Below, piece by piece: positions 55,516 through 64,000 of a DNA stretch of 64,000 bases (its first letter is position 1; each line of letters starts with the position of its first letter). The DNA comes from a virus. The DNA lies in the IMG/VR virus record IMGVR_UViG_3300007539_000013, positions 1 through 64,000 of that record. One strand, written 5' to 3'. Both the position numbers and the translations under genes were made by a program. The notes under the pieces are model-generated. The model was not told the DNA's origin, did not search any database, and saw only the letters and a list, made by a program, of their open reading frames with translations.

Positions 55516-56349
55516 ATGGAAATACAGGTAACCAAAATCTCGCCCAAGCAAGCGAATAAACTGCTGACAAACAACCCAGTGAATAGGACGCTATCCAACG
55601 CTACTGTTAATCAGTATGTTGAGGACATCAGAACCAATAAATGGATGATGAATGGGGACACCATTAGGGTGTACAATCACAAGGGTCATAAGGGGTTAGC
55701 TATTGAAGATCATCAGCTAATAGATGGTCAGCATAGACTTACGGCATGCGTTAAGGCAAATAAGCCAATAGACTGCATAATTGTAACCGTAGACACACCT
55801 GAAGTTTTTAAAACCATAGACACAGGATTAAAGCGATCACCTGCCCATGTCCTTAGTATATTGGGGAAAAAGAACTGTAATGCTTTGGCGGCCACATTAG
55901 CACTTATTAAGAAGATGGATGAAGGTGGGTTAAAAGATTGCTCACTAGGTGGCTCCTCTGCGGCAAGAATACTAAATCACGAAGTCGAGGATCTACTTGG
56001 TGTGTATCCAGGGATTGAGGATTCGGTATCTTACGCAAATTCAAGAAAGAAAGACTTTAAGACACGACCAGCCGCCATGGGTGTAATTCATTATAAGTTA
56101 TGCAAGATCGACCAAGGTTTAGCTGAAGAGTTTTTAGATAGTTTTCATAGTGGAGCAAGCCTTCCGCTTAAGTCACCTATTTACCAACTCAGGGAGGCAA
56201 TTAGGAAAAAACAACAAAGCGATATTATGATCTCATCATTTTGGTTCATTAAAGCACTTATTATCACTTGGAACAACTGGGTTTCGGGAAAAGAAATCTC
56301 AAGATTCGTCATGAAATCTGGCCCTATCCCTAAAATTAAATCAGTATGA
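55516..56349 (+). CDS. ParB-like DGQHR-domain protein
   Basis: NR...W..NGDTI...LIDGQHRL. Confidence 0.85.
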   Translation: MEIQVTKISPKQANKLLTNNPVNRTLSNATVNQYVEDIRTNKWMMNGDTIRVYNHKGHKGLAIEDHQLIDGQHRLTACVKANKPIDCIIVTVDTPEVFKTIDTGLKRSPAHVLSILGKKNCNALAATLALIKKMDEGGLKDCSLGGSSAARILNHEVEDLLGVYPGIEDSVSYANSRKKDFKTRPAAMGVIHYKLCKIDQGLAEEFLDSFHSGASLPLKSPIYQLREAIRKKQQSDIMISSFWFIKALIITWNNWVSGKEISRFVMKSGPIPKIKSV

Positions 56350-56975
56350 AGCTACAAACACAAAAAATCAAAGGTAAGGACTATGTCCTTGTAAATGAAC
56401 GAGTGAAGGCCTTTAGGTCACACGAAAACTTCAAGGACATGTCGATAGAAACTGAAATCGTCGACATATCTGAAAATCGTGTCGTTATGGTAGCCCGTGT
56501 TAAAGACTTGAATGGAAACATTCGTGCAAGCGGACATGCTGAAGAAATTCTTACAAAGAGTGGGGTCAATGCGACCTCATTTCTTGAGAACTGTGAGACT
56601 TCTGCTGTTGGTAGATGTCTTGGCTTTCTTGGTATTGGTGTCGATGATTCAATCGCTACTTTTGAGGAGGTTGACCAAGCTATTGAAAGACAGAATGAAA
56701 TAGAGGAAGAGCCTGAAGCAAAGATCGTTAAGGAGGGGAAGATCAAACAATCTCACGCACAAGCAGAAGAAAAGTTTGACTGGAAAAATGTAGTCTGCCC
56801 GTTCCCAAAGCATAAAGGCAAGAAACTTGGCGAAATTGCAGAAATTGATGAATCCTTCATGAGTTGGATGTCGGGATTGGATGATATTAAAAGTGCTGAA
56901 CTTAGGAATGGTGTAGCACAGTGGTTGAGGGAGAAAAATAATAATGGTAAGCAAGGATTTAACAGAATCGCCTAA
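56346..56975 (+). CDS. single-strand annealing protein-like recombinase
   Basis: KGKDYV.VNERV..FR; ENCETSAVGRCLGFLGIG; C-terminal FPKHKGKKL module. Confidence 0.7.
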   Translation: MKLQTQKIKGKDYVLVNERVKAFRSHENFKDMSIETEIVDISENRVVMVARVKDLNGNIRASGHAEEILTKSGVNATSFLENCETSAVGRCLGFLGIGVDDSIATFEEVDQAIERQNEIEEEPEAKIVKEGKIKQSHAQAEEKFDWKNVVCPFPKHKGKKLGEIAEIDESFMSWMSGLDDIKSAELRNGVAQWLREKNNNGKQGFNRIA

Positions 56976-57678
56976 GGATAGAGGAGATGCACCCAGCGCT
57001 TCCAAGATTTCAGCAATCGCAAAGTGCCGAGCATTTCACCAAGCAAACCAAATCTTTGAGTGGTATGGTGAAAGGGATGCGGCAAATGAAGGAACTATTA
57101 GACATGAGCATGAAGAAAACCAAACGCCTCTTGATGATATTATTGATCCTGATCAGCGATTTTGTGCAGATCGTTGCCGTAAAGCTCTCGCATGGTGCCG
57201 AGATGACCTCGGACTACTTGAGAACCAAACAACGATTGAGCGGGAAGTAAGACTTTGGTGGGATGGTAAATGGTCGGGACAACTCGACTATTTAGAAACT
57301 TGGTCAAAGTTGGGAAAGATGGATGAGGGTTTAAAAGAATTCGCGTTTGTTGCGGATTATAAAACTTTAAGAGGTGAGCATGACCCTGCTCCCGATAATT
57401 TGCAGTTGCTTGCTCAAGCTGTATTGGTTCACAAAAACTACCCTAAAGTTTCAGAAGTTTTTGTAGCACTAATTGAACCTTTCCAAGACCCGATTTACAC
57501 TACTGCCAGCTACACAGCTGATTACCTTCGGGGTAGAGGTGATTGGATTTGTGGGATAGTTGACGAAGCAACAAGTGAAAATCCGTCTAGGACTGCGGGG
57601 CCGTCGCAATGCAAATGGTGTTCGGCGGTTCCGTTTTGTCCTGAGGTAAGAAATAAAATTATGGAGATTGTAAAATGA
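56944..57678 (+). CDS. Cas4-like / DUF2800 PD-(D/E)XK exonuclease
   Basis: EGT..H, GQLD, ADYKT, NLQL, CKWC..CP. Confidence 0.8.
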   Translation: MVSKDLTESPKDRGDAPSASKISAIAKCRAFHQANQIFEWYGERDAANEGTIRHEHEENQTPLDDIIDPDQRFCADRCRKALAWCRDDLGLLENQTTIEREVRLWWDGKWSGQLDYLETWSKLGKMDEGLKEFAFVADYKTLRGEHDPAPDNLQLLAQAVLVHKNYPKVSEVFVALIEPFQDPIYTTASYTADYLRGRGDWICGIVDEATSENPSRTAGPSQCKWCSAVPFCPEVRNKIMEIVK

Positions 57679-58055
57679 AGTGGTTGGAAGATGAAAAATT
57701 AAAAGAGGCAATGGAATTAGTTCCGTTGTGTGAAGCATTCGTGAAGGCAGTGAAATCTGCGGTTAAAGCAAAGCTTGAGGAAGATCCTGAGTCCGTGCCT
57801 GGTTTCAAGCTACGAGATGGTGGCAAGGTAACGAGTTATGATGCTAAAGATGTAGCTGATATAATAATGGAGTCTAATATACTTGGATGGGACGCATTGC
57901 TTCAGCATATGAAGTTCTCCCTGACGCCATTTGTATCCACTTGGGCAGACCACACGGGGATGACTAAGGCTGAGGCAAAGAAGGACTTGAATTCGCGACT
58001 CTCAAAAGTTGCGAAGACAAAACCTAAGTCGTCCTCGATCGTGAAGGCTAAATGA
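57675..58055 (+). CDS. protein resembling the DUF2800 C-terminal region
   Basis: VK..L...ESVPGFKLRDG. Confidence 0.6.
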   Translation: MKWLEDEKLKEAMELVPLCEAFVKAVKSAVKAKLEEDPESVPGFKLRDGGKVTSYDAKDVADIIMESNILGWDALLQHMKFSLTPFVSTWADHTGMTKAEAKKDLNSRLSKVAKTKPKSSSIVKAK

Positions 58056-58380
58056 TTCCGGGAGAAAAAATCACATTATGTGTGAAGAAAAGAACCCCTT
58101 CCTTGAATACCCTACTGAGATACAACCAGTGGGATCGGTTAAAGGAAAAGCAGGAGATGAACAAGGCGGTCTCACTCGCCATCGAGTCCGCATTGTCAGT
58201 AGACGAGTCAGGCTCTGTGACGCAGACAACCTCGTTGGGGGCGTCAAGCACCTTGTCGATAGCCTCAGGATCGGTCAAATTATACCAGAAGACGATCCCG
58301 AAGCGATCACCCTTGAAGTCTCGCAAGAAAAGGTCTCATCGTACTCCAAGGAAGAAACGTGGGTGGAGGTAGCAAGATGA
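58052..58380 (+). CDS. RusA-like Holliday junction resolvase encoded across two overlapping frames
   Basis: PSLN...helix in frame 58052; RLCDADNL.GG.K..D.L...I.EDD in frame 58078. Confidence 0.65.
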
Positions 58381-58898
58381 GTGAGAAAAGCTATCCTAGC
58401 TCATACAGGCTCAATGAAACGGCATTTCTGAGATTGGAGACATTCTGTGAGTTGACAGGGATGAAAAAATCAGAAGTTGTAAAAGCGGCAATCGCACAGT
58501 TTATTGCACCAACTTTGGGAACTTCAAATGTAGTGCAAGCGCACTACAATCCTCATGCGCGTACGCGACTATATAATATAGATTTATCTAAAGATAAATC
58601 GCGTTGTAGTACAACGCAGGATAAAAAGGAAGAAGTTCAGACTTGGTTCAAGGCATTTTGGAGTGTTTGTGAAAACAGACAATTTGCTGAGCGTGTCGTC
58701 AAAACGATTTCTGATAAATGGGATATTCTCAAGGAGAAGGATCCCGAGGAGTGTGGCGAGAAATACAACGAGTATTGCAATACAGAAGCAATGGAGGGTC
58801 GAACCTACAAGCATCCAAATTCTTGGATCAATGATGGTGGGTACGATAACGAAGCAAAGAAAATAGAAGATGGAGGATTGGCATACGATTATGACTGA
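58377..58898 (+). CDS. replication initiator-like protein with N-terminal RHH
   Basis: SYRL...GMKKSEVVKAAI; F.AFW...KHPNSWIN; GGAGG RBS. Confidence 0.7.
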   Translation: MSEKSYPSSYRLNETAFLRLETFCELTGMKKSEVVKAAIAQFIAPTLGTSNVVQAHYNPHARTRLYNIDLSKDKSRCSTTQDKKEEVQTWFKAFWSVCENRQFAERVVKTISDKWDILKEKDPEECGEKYNEYCNTEAMEGRTYKHPNSWINDGGYDNEAKKIEDGGLAYDYD

Positions 58899-60264
58899 GA
58901 TTGAGACATATCAAGATTACGACGCAGAAAGAGGATTTCTTTCATGCGTAAAGGATGAGGATTCAGATACTGCATACGACAACTGGTCTTATGCAATGGA
59001 GCAAGGAATTACAGATGAGCATTTTATGAATACAGCTTGTGCTGAATTCTTCGTGGCTTTCAAGCTAGCTGAAAAAGAAGATGACTACGGAATGTTCGGT
59101 GCGATGAATCGCCTACCAAAAGACTGGAAAGAAAATAATACAAATTTTGTGAGCCATGTATTGTTTTGCTGTGAAACCCCAGTTCGTGGCAAAGAGTGGG
59201 TGGATCGATTGGTTAAGGCTCACAAGTGGAGAAGACTCCAAAGACTTTCTTTGAAGATTTCCGATATGGTAGGTGAAGCAGGAAAACTAGATGACCCAAC
59301 CAATAGTGCAGTAAAGATCGAGGAGGAGATAACCGATTTAATCGAACCGAATAGTAAAACTTTGGTTTCAGCAAAAGAGTTAGCCAAGGCAACCAATTTC
59401 GCAATCAAGCAAGAGCGTGAGCAAGGTGGCGCCTCCATCCAAACAAATATTAGTTATCTGAATAAAATTCTTGATGGTGGATTCAGGGCGGGACAAATGG
59501 TTGTAATCGCAGCCCGTCCATCAATCGGAAAAACAACATTCTCAATGAACATTGCACACCACGCAGGCTACAAAGGTAAGAAAATATTATTCTTTTCCCT
59601 TGAGATGTCCAATGACCAACTGGGAAAAAAATTAGCAGCGATTGACCAAGGCGTTAATTTGTCTAAATTTGCAGAAAGAAAAGAAACTGAAGAAGATCGA
59701 AGGCAGTTACAAACTGGACTTGAGAATATATCCGAGCTTCCAATTTGGGTAGATGATGACTCAGGGCAGACAATTTCTAAGATTCGTGCCCAAACAAAGA
59801 CAATGAATAGGAAGCATAACTTGGATGCCATATTCATTGATTACCTTGGACTACTTGAGGCAGAGGATAAAAGGGATGTGAGGGAACAGCAAGTTGCTCA
59901 AATCTCAAAAGCGTGCAAAAGGTTAGCTAAGGAGCTTAACTTAGTTGTATTTTTAATCTGCCAATTAAATCGAGACTCAGCAAAATCCGGTGGTGCCCCT
60001 GCCCTACACCACTTACGGGAGTCTGGTCAAATTGAACAGGATGCAGATATTGTTTTGATGTTACATCGTGAAATGAAAGCGGGTGGCGATTCACAAACAA
60101 CTGACATAATGATTCAGAAGAATCGCTTTGGCCCCATTGGTCACACGAAAGATCGTGTAACATTTGACAGATTCACTCAACGCTTCCGCGAGAAGGCACC
60201 CGAGCCTCGCTTGAATGATGATCCTGAGGTTCGATATTACGAAACAACAGGAGGTAGAATATGA
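58891..60264 (+). CDS. dnaB: replicative DNA helicase
   Basis: AARPSIGKT, FSLEM, IDYLGL, QLNR, LRESGQIEQDAD, KNRFG. Confidence 0.95.
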   Translation: MTEIETYQDYDAERGFLSCVKDEDSDTAYDNWSYAMEQGITDEHFMNTACAEFFVAFKLAEKEDDYGMFGAMNRLPKDWKENNTNFVSHVLFCCETPVRGKEWVDRLVKAHKWRRLQRLSLKISDMVGEAGKLDDPTNSAVKIEEEITDLIEPNSKTLVSAKELAKATNFAIKQEREQGGASIQTNISYLNKILDGGFRAGQMVVIAARPSIGKTTFSMNIAHHAGYKGKKILFFSLEMSNDQLGKKLAAIDQGVNLSKFAERKETEEDRRQLQTGLENISELPIWVDDDSGQTISKIRAQTKTMNRKHNLDAIFIDYLGLLEAEDKRDVREQQVAQISKACKRLAKELNLVVFLICQLNRDSAKSGGAPALHHLRESGQIEQDADIVLMLHREMKAGGDSQTTDIMIQKNRFGPIGHTKDRVTFDRFTQRFREKAPEPRLNDDPEVRYYETTGGRI

Positions 60265-60785
60265 GGTCTGCTGGCGAGTTCAGGAAAGAGCTACAGAAAT
60301 CTTATTTTTCAGTAGCAAAAGTTGCTGAGTATTTTAGAAGATTTCAAGGGATGCAGGTTCAGGTGCTTCCTAATCTTGAACTTCCAGATGGAGAAAAGAA
60401 TCGTCATCTTTACAGGGATGACGGAGACCTACTTGTAACATTCCCAGTAGAGGTAAAGAGGTCTGACATTCATACATGGACTGGGAGGCATGATTTCCCT
60501 TTCGCTAATGTACATGTAATGTCCGTTAAGCAATGGGATCAACTTAGAACAAAGCCAATCTATGTAGTTTTTGTAGATCAATACAACAGATCGGCTGCGG
60601 TCATTGAGGGATCAACCAAGGAGCAATGGAAGGTTATAGCCCAGAAAGACAAAGATGGGGTTCGTGATGCATATGTGTGCCCAAAGCATCTTTGTGAATT
60701 CATAAACCTTTCAGAAATATTTGAGGAGGATACGAAGCAACCTCCCGTATTAACCAAGGAGGCGCAAGCCTCCTTCGGTTTTTGA
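60261..60785 (+). CDS. PD-(D/E)XK-like protein
   Basis: DDGDL...VEVK. Confidence 0.55.
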   Translation: MRSAGEFRKELQKSYFSVAKVAEYFRRFQGMQVQVLPNLELPDGEKNRHLYRDDGDLLVTFPVEVKRSDIHTWTGRHDFPFANVHVMSVKQWDQLRTKPIYVVFVDQYNRSAAVIEGSTKEQWKVIAQKDKDGVRDAYVCPKHLCEFINLSEIFEEDTKQPPVLTKEAQASFGF

Positions 60786-60806
60786 ACCATAAACCAAAAA
60801 CTAAAA

Positions 60807-61139
60807 ATGCTAGGAGAAATATACACAAACATCATAGGAACGTCGGTTGCGGAAGCGGAACCAAAAGAAATCAATGGAAAGGATGGCACTAGAACGCTAG
60901 TGGTTCTCAGACTTGCGATTAACGAAAAAGTAGGAAGCGGAGAAAGAACTTCTTATATTACTGTTAATTCCTGGAGGGATAAGCTCAACGACAAGTTGAT
61001 GCAGCTAGAACTCAAAGGTAAAAATCTGAAAATCAGAGGCCCTCTTCACATTGAAGAATGGGAGAAGGATGGTCATAAGTTTCAGAAACCGGTTGTGACC
61101 ATGGACAACCTAACATTCTTAGACAAGAAAGATGCTTAG
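60807..61139 (+). CDS. ssb: single-stranded DNA-binding protein
   Basis: LRLAINE...TSYITVNSW...WEKDG...TFLD. Confidence 0.85.
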   Translation: MLGEIYTNIIGTSVAEAEPKEINGKDGTRTLVVLRLAINEKVGSGERTSYITVNSWRDKLNDKLMQLELKGKNLKIRGPLHIEEWEKDGHKFQKPVVTMDNLTFLDKKDA

Positions 61140-61329
61140 GCGTGTCTTTCGATTTGTCTATTTTCTTCCCAGGCGGGTGCGTCCTTTGTGGCGCACTCTT
61201 CTGGTGTGGGGTCGCATTTCTCGGATATTCGTTCGTGGTGGGTTGGAGAAGGTGAATCGTAAAAACGAGCTAAAGCCAAACAAGTCTCCGTTTCCACGCT
61301 ATCCATATCATCGTTGACTTTACACATAA

Positions 61330-61353
61330 AGTAACACATAACTTCGTGTAACA
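61330..61353 (-). promoter_or_regulatory. TGTWACA-N10-TGTWACA element, locus 12
   Basis: AGTAACA CATAACTTCG TGTAACA, 1 nt before ATG 61355; TTGACT at 61314. Confidence 0.7.
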
Positions 61354-61354
61354 G

Positions 61355-61444
61355 ATGTGGGCAATTCTATTCTTTCTTATATTGGTATTATTTTGTGGGT
61401 TTTTATATGTGGGATCTGAAAACGATAATTCGGATGAACAATGA
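61355..61444 (+). CDS. 29-aa membrane peptide, not in ORF track
   Basis: MWAILFFLILVLFCGFLYVGSENDNSDEQ; ATGA-coupled to 61441. Confidence 0.55.
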   Translation: MWAILFFLILVLFCGFLYVGSENDNSDEQ

Positions 61445-61722
61445 AGCGTTCAGGGCCTTTAAAAAGAAAAACCCCACTAAGGCGTGTATCGAAGCGTCGA
61501 TCGAAAGAAATGAAGGAATATGGGATCCTGAGAAAGGAATTTTTGGAAAGGTTACCTATCTGCGAAGTGTGTATGAAGGAGAAATCGACAGACATCCACC
61601 ACAAGGCGGGCCGGGGGAAACACTACCTTGATGTAGAGTCTTGGTTATCCACCTGTAGGGGTTGTCATGACAAAATACATCGTGAGCCTAAGTGGGCTAG
61701 GGAAAAGGGATTTTTGATATAA
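61441..61722 (+). CDS. HNH / NinG-like nuclease
   Basis: MKRSGPLKRKTPL; CEVC...DIHH...CRGCHDKIH. Confidence 0.8.
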   Translation: MKRSGPLKRKTPLRRVSKRRSKEMKEYGILRKEFLERLPICEVCMKEKSTDIHHKAGRGKHYLDVESWLSTCRGCHDKIHREPKWAREKGFLI

Positions 61723-61892
61723 TGGGTATTAATATAGAAGATCAAAACTCTGAGCATTACTACATAAACCCTCGTAATGTGGTTTATGTGAAGCAACGAG
61801 ATAAGTTTTGGAAAATCTTACTGGTTGGAGGGGAAGTTGTAATAACTAAAAACTCAGAAGGAGCTAAAGCTATAATCAAAGCAATTAAGTGA
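61722..61892 (+). CDS. 56-aa hypothetical protein, not in ORF track
   Basis: MGINIEDQNSEHYYINPRNVVYV...; coupled to both neighbours. Confidence 0.6.
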   Translation: MGINIEDQNSEHYYINPRNVVYVKQRDKFWKILLVGGEVVITKNSEGAKAIIKAIK

Positions 61893-62635
61893 ACTTACTT
61901 AGTTTAGTTAATCAAGAAAGCGCTACTTATGTGATGAAGAATCACATGTTGCTCTACCCTTCTGACTGGATGCTTGAACCTGAATTAGTCAAAGCAATCA
62001 AGGCAGATAAGCCTATGGTAAAAACCTGTATTATGGAAGGTGTGCCTAATGACCTAACACCCGATAAGTTAAGGGTTCTGGATCATGTAAATCATGTAGG
62101 CCACGACATATATACTATGCCACTATTTAGTAAGGAATTCGTAATGATGATTACGGATGAAATTAAAAATATTCAGGCAGAGGGTCTATTTGAGGTGAAC
62201 CCTGATGAGGCAGAGGAAGTACAAATAAAAGAGTTTGTATTAAAGTATAGATGTCCTGGTTGGTATCTATCTATGATGCAGTTATTCATGTCCCATATAA
62301 ATGTGGTACTTGGATCACTATACGGAAGAATAATGTATGACGGTGTTATACAGCTTGCCAACTATAACCCTAGGGGTGTTGTGCAGACATCATGGCATCA
62401 TGACGGTGACTCTGACTTTACTATAGTAGTTCCCTTAAATACAGGTGACTACAAAGGTGGTGGCACTGACTTTTTTAATAGGGTTACTGTACCTGCCCTA
62501 CCTAATGGTAATGCTTTAATATTTCCAGCACAAGGAATGTTGCATCGCGGTATGCCTGTCGAATCAGGAGATAGATACCTATTGGTATTTTGGATGCGAA
62601 GAAGACCACTAAATCCAGGAGTGAATCCAGAATGA
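61889..62635 (+). CDS. 2OG-Fe(II) dioxygenase (lysyl/prolyl-hydroxylase-like)
   Basis: HHD...PLN...YKGGGT.F...LHRG.PV.SG.RY.LV. Confidence 0.88.
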   Translation: MNLLSLVNQESATYVMKNHMLLYPSDWMLEPELVKAIKADKPMVKTCIMEGVPNDLTPDKLRVLDHVNHVGHDIYTMPLFSKEFVMMITDEIKNIQAEGLFEVNPDEAEEVQIKEFVLKYRCPGWYLSMMQLFMSHINVVLGSLYGRIMYDGVIQLANYNPRGVVQTSWHHDGDSDFTIVVPLNTGDYKGGGTDFFNRVTVPALPNGNALIFPAQGMLHRGMPVESGDRYLLVFWMRRRPLNPGVNPE

Positions 62636-62703
62636 TTGATATTTTTTTATGGGCGATTTTTGCGATCGCCGGAATTATAATACTAGACGAAATACTACAT
62701 TAA
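62632..62703 (+). CDS. 23-aa hydrophobic peptide, not in ORF track
   Basis: MIDIFLWAIFAIAGIIILDEILH; ATGA-coupled. Confidence 0.45.
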   Translation: MIDIFLWAIFAIAGIIILDEILH

Positions 62704-62704
62704 A

Positions 62705-62968
62705 ATGAGCGAAGAACAAAAAACAGAAACCAAACCAGAACCAGCATTATTTGAGGTACTTCTCCAAGTAATTGGAGATATTGCAAATAAGCAAAACCTT
62801 ACTCTTCCTGATGTGCTTGGGCACCTTGAGTTGTGCAAGAAGTCAGCGATTGACCAGGTAATTGCACACCAACAACAGAAGATGGCTGCAGCTTCCGAGT
62901 CATCCGAAGGTGACGACAAGCAGGAGCCAGAGGTCGTAACCCCCGAAGTAGTCGAGGATAAAGCCTAA
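62705..62968 (+). CDS. hypothetical protein with acidic tail
   Basis: LTLPDVLGHLELCK pattern. Confidence 0.65.
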   Translation: MSEEQKTETKPEPALFEVLLQVIGDIANKQNLTLPDVLGHLELCKKSAIDQVIAHQQQKMAAASESSEGDDKQEPEVVTPEVVEDKA

Positions 62969-63095
62969 ATTTAAAGTGTTCGCAAGAACACTCTCCGTAC
63001 CCATCAAACTCATCTAGGTCTACTAGGTGTACATTACTTGGATTGGTCAAGCTCGTTAGGAGATACCTACGGGCTTCCATCCATTTAATATTCAA
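62799..63095 (-). CDS. SWIM-type zinc finger protein
   Basis: VDL...GECSCEHF.FR...CRH. Confidence 0.6.
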   Translation of the reverse strand: MNIKWMEARRYLLTSLTNPSNVHLVDLDEFDGYGECSCEHFKFRLYPRLLRGLRPLAPACRHLRMTRKLQPSSVVGVQLPGQSLTSCTTQGAQAHQEE

Positions 63096-63096
63096 A

Positions 63097-63246
63097 CTAT
63101 TCCTCCTTGGATTTTTTCCACCCTTCTAAGAATGCCATTTGGACATAGTATTTCAACATTATTGGACTGAATTCGTTCTCGAAATCAGTTTGATCCTTGT
63201 AAATCTGGAATGCCTTGACGAATTTGCAATGTTCGCCATCGGACAT
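63097..63246 (-). CDS. hypothetical protein (MSDGEH...)
   Basis: AFLEGW motif; internal start of track ORF. Confidence 0.5.
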   Translation of the reverse strand: MSDGEHCKFVKAFQIYKDQTDFENEFSPIMLKYYVQMAFLEGWKKSKEE

Positions 63247-63260
63247 ATTGACCGTATGGT

Positions 63261-63401
63261 TTAACCCTTGCGGTTTTTGTATGCTACCTTGGCAAGCTCC
63301 AGGTCTGGGGATTTGTTCTTCCATACCTTTGGTTTCATTGCTTTTTCGACACGACCCTTAGTCTTGTCTTTTACTCTGCAAAAATCACAACAACTACTCA
63401 T
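63261..63401 (-). CDS. 46-aa basic protein, not in ORF track
   Basis: MSSCCDFCRVKDK...; ATGA-coupled to upstream gene. Confidence 0.45.
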   Translation of the reverse strand: MSSCCDFCRVKDKTKGRVEKAMKPKVWKNKSPDLELAKVAYKNRKG

Positions 63402-63658
63402 TTCTTACCTCTCATTGATTTTTTGCCACGGCACTTCCACTTCTTACGGGAAAGATCATTTGGACATGGTGGTTTTTTACACTTTTTAATACCGGCTGAG
63501 CGCGCGCAGTAGGCATCTGCCTTACTGGTGCCAGGCCTAATACGATCTTTGCCGTCCTTGGCTTTTCCTGCCTGTCCGTAGCTTACTTTTCGCTTTCTTC
63601 CTGTTTTTGGGTTTCGCACTACTTTTGCGAACCGCTTTCCCTTTGCTGGCTTTGCCAT
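63398..63658 (-). CDS. small basic phage protein (YCARS...RKKWKC type)
   Basis: Resembles a common marine-phage basic protein pattern; GGGAGG RBS. Confidence 0.75.
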   Translation of the reverse strand: MAKPAKGKRFAKVVRNPKTGRKRKVSYGQAGKAKDGKDRIRPGTSKADAYCARSAGIKKCKKPPCPNDLSRKKWKCRGKKSMRGKK

Positions 63659-63675
63659 GATACCCTCCCATAATG

Positions 63676-63981
63676 TTATTTTGTTAAATGGTTTTCCATT
63701 TTGTCGCGCAATCTGTCTAATTCTTTTTCAAGATACTTAAGTCGCTCAAATTGTTGATGGTCTGAAGTAATTGGCATATCTTGCATTTCCACTAGGTGAT
63801 CTAGGTCGCTCTTGGCTTGCTCTGCAAATTTCTCGATATGCATCATGCGAGCAGATAGATCACCGAGCATAGTTCCCTCGTGCTGCACTCGATCCAATCC
63901 ATTATCAAGCGTAGTGAGCTTGTTCCAAATAACCGAGTAGCCCCAGACCGCCGTACCAACAATAGCAATGACCTTCGCCAT
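63676..63981 (-). CDS. membrane-anchored coiled-coil protein (may start beyond window edge)
   Basis: Hydrophobic N-terminus plus heptad C-terminus. Confidence 0.6.
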   Translation of the reverse strand: MAKVIAIVGTAVWGYSVIWNKLTTLDNGLDRVQHEGTMLGDLSARMMHIEKFAEQAKSDLDHLVEMQDMPITSDHQQFERLKYLEKELDRLRDKMENHLTK

Positions 63982-64000
63982 AAAAGCGAGGTTTGCTTTG

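Noticed and set aside
61132-61317. Arg-rich 61-aa ORF after ssb
   Set aside because: Plausible by position but no recognisable features; too uncertain to call

Overview
The whole window is tailed-phage DNA (podovirus-like layout) from a temperate phage seen in its non-integrated form. The genome extends beyond both edges. Layout: (i) 1-5578, + strand: SNF2-helicase C-terminus, small hypotheticals, a TGT/DpdA-like base-exchange enzyme, a strongly structured ~170-nt non-coding element and tyrosine recombinase A. (ii) ~5.4-53.3 kb, - strand: one long morphogenesis operon (terminase, portal, scaffold, capsid, holin-like genes, tail adaptor/nozzle, many fibre/lectin modules, GNAT, internal virion proteins and a 4042-aa polyvalent protein). 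(iii) 53.4-55.5 kb: lysogeny module with integrase B, an attP carrying the 3' half of tRNA-Arg(ACG), an RHH regulator and a Xis-like HTH. (iv) 55.5-63 kb, + strand: replication/recombination genes (DGQHR, SSAP, Cas4-like nuclease, dual-frame RusA-like, DnaB, SSB, HNH, 2OG-Fe(II) oxygenase). The most striking unexplained signal is a 24-bp element, TGTWACA-N10-TGTWACA, at 12 loci, mostly abutting start codons. Two copies bracket the structured RNA, and the most symmetric copy sits directly in front of recombinase A and shares 9 nt with a hairpin of that RNA. A marine Verrucomicrobia-like host is a tentative inference only. All family assignments come from motif recognition by eye, not database searches.
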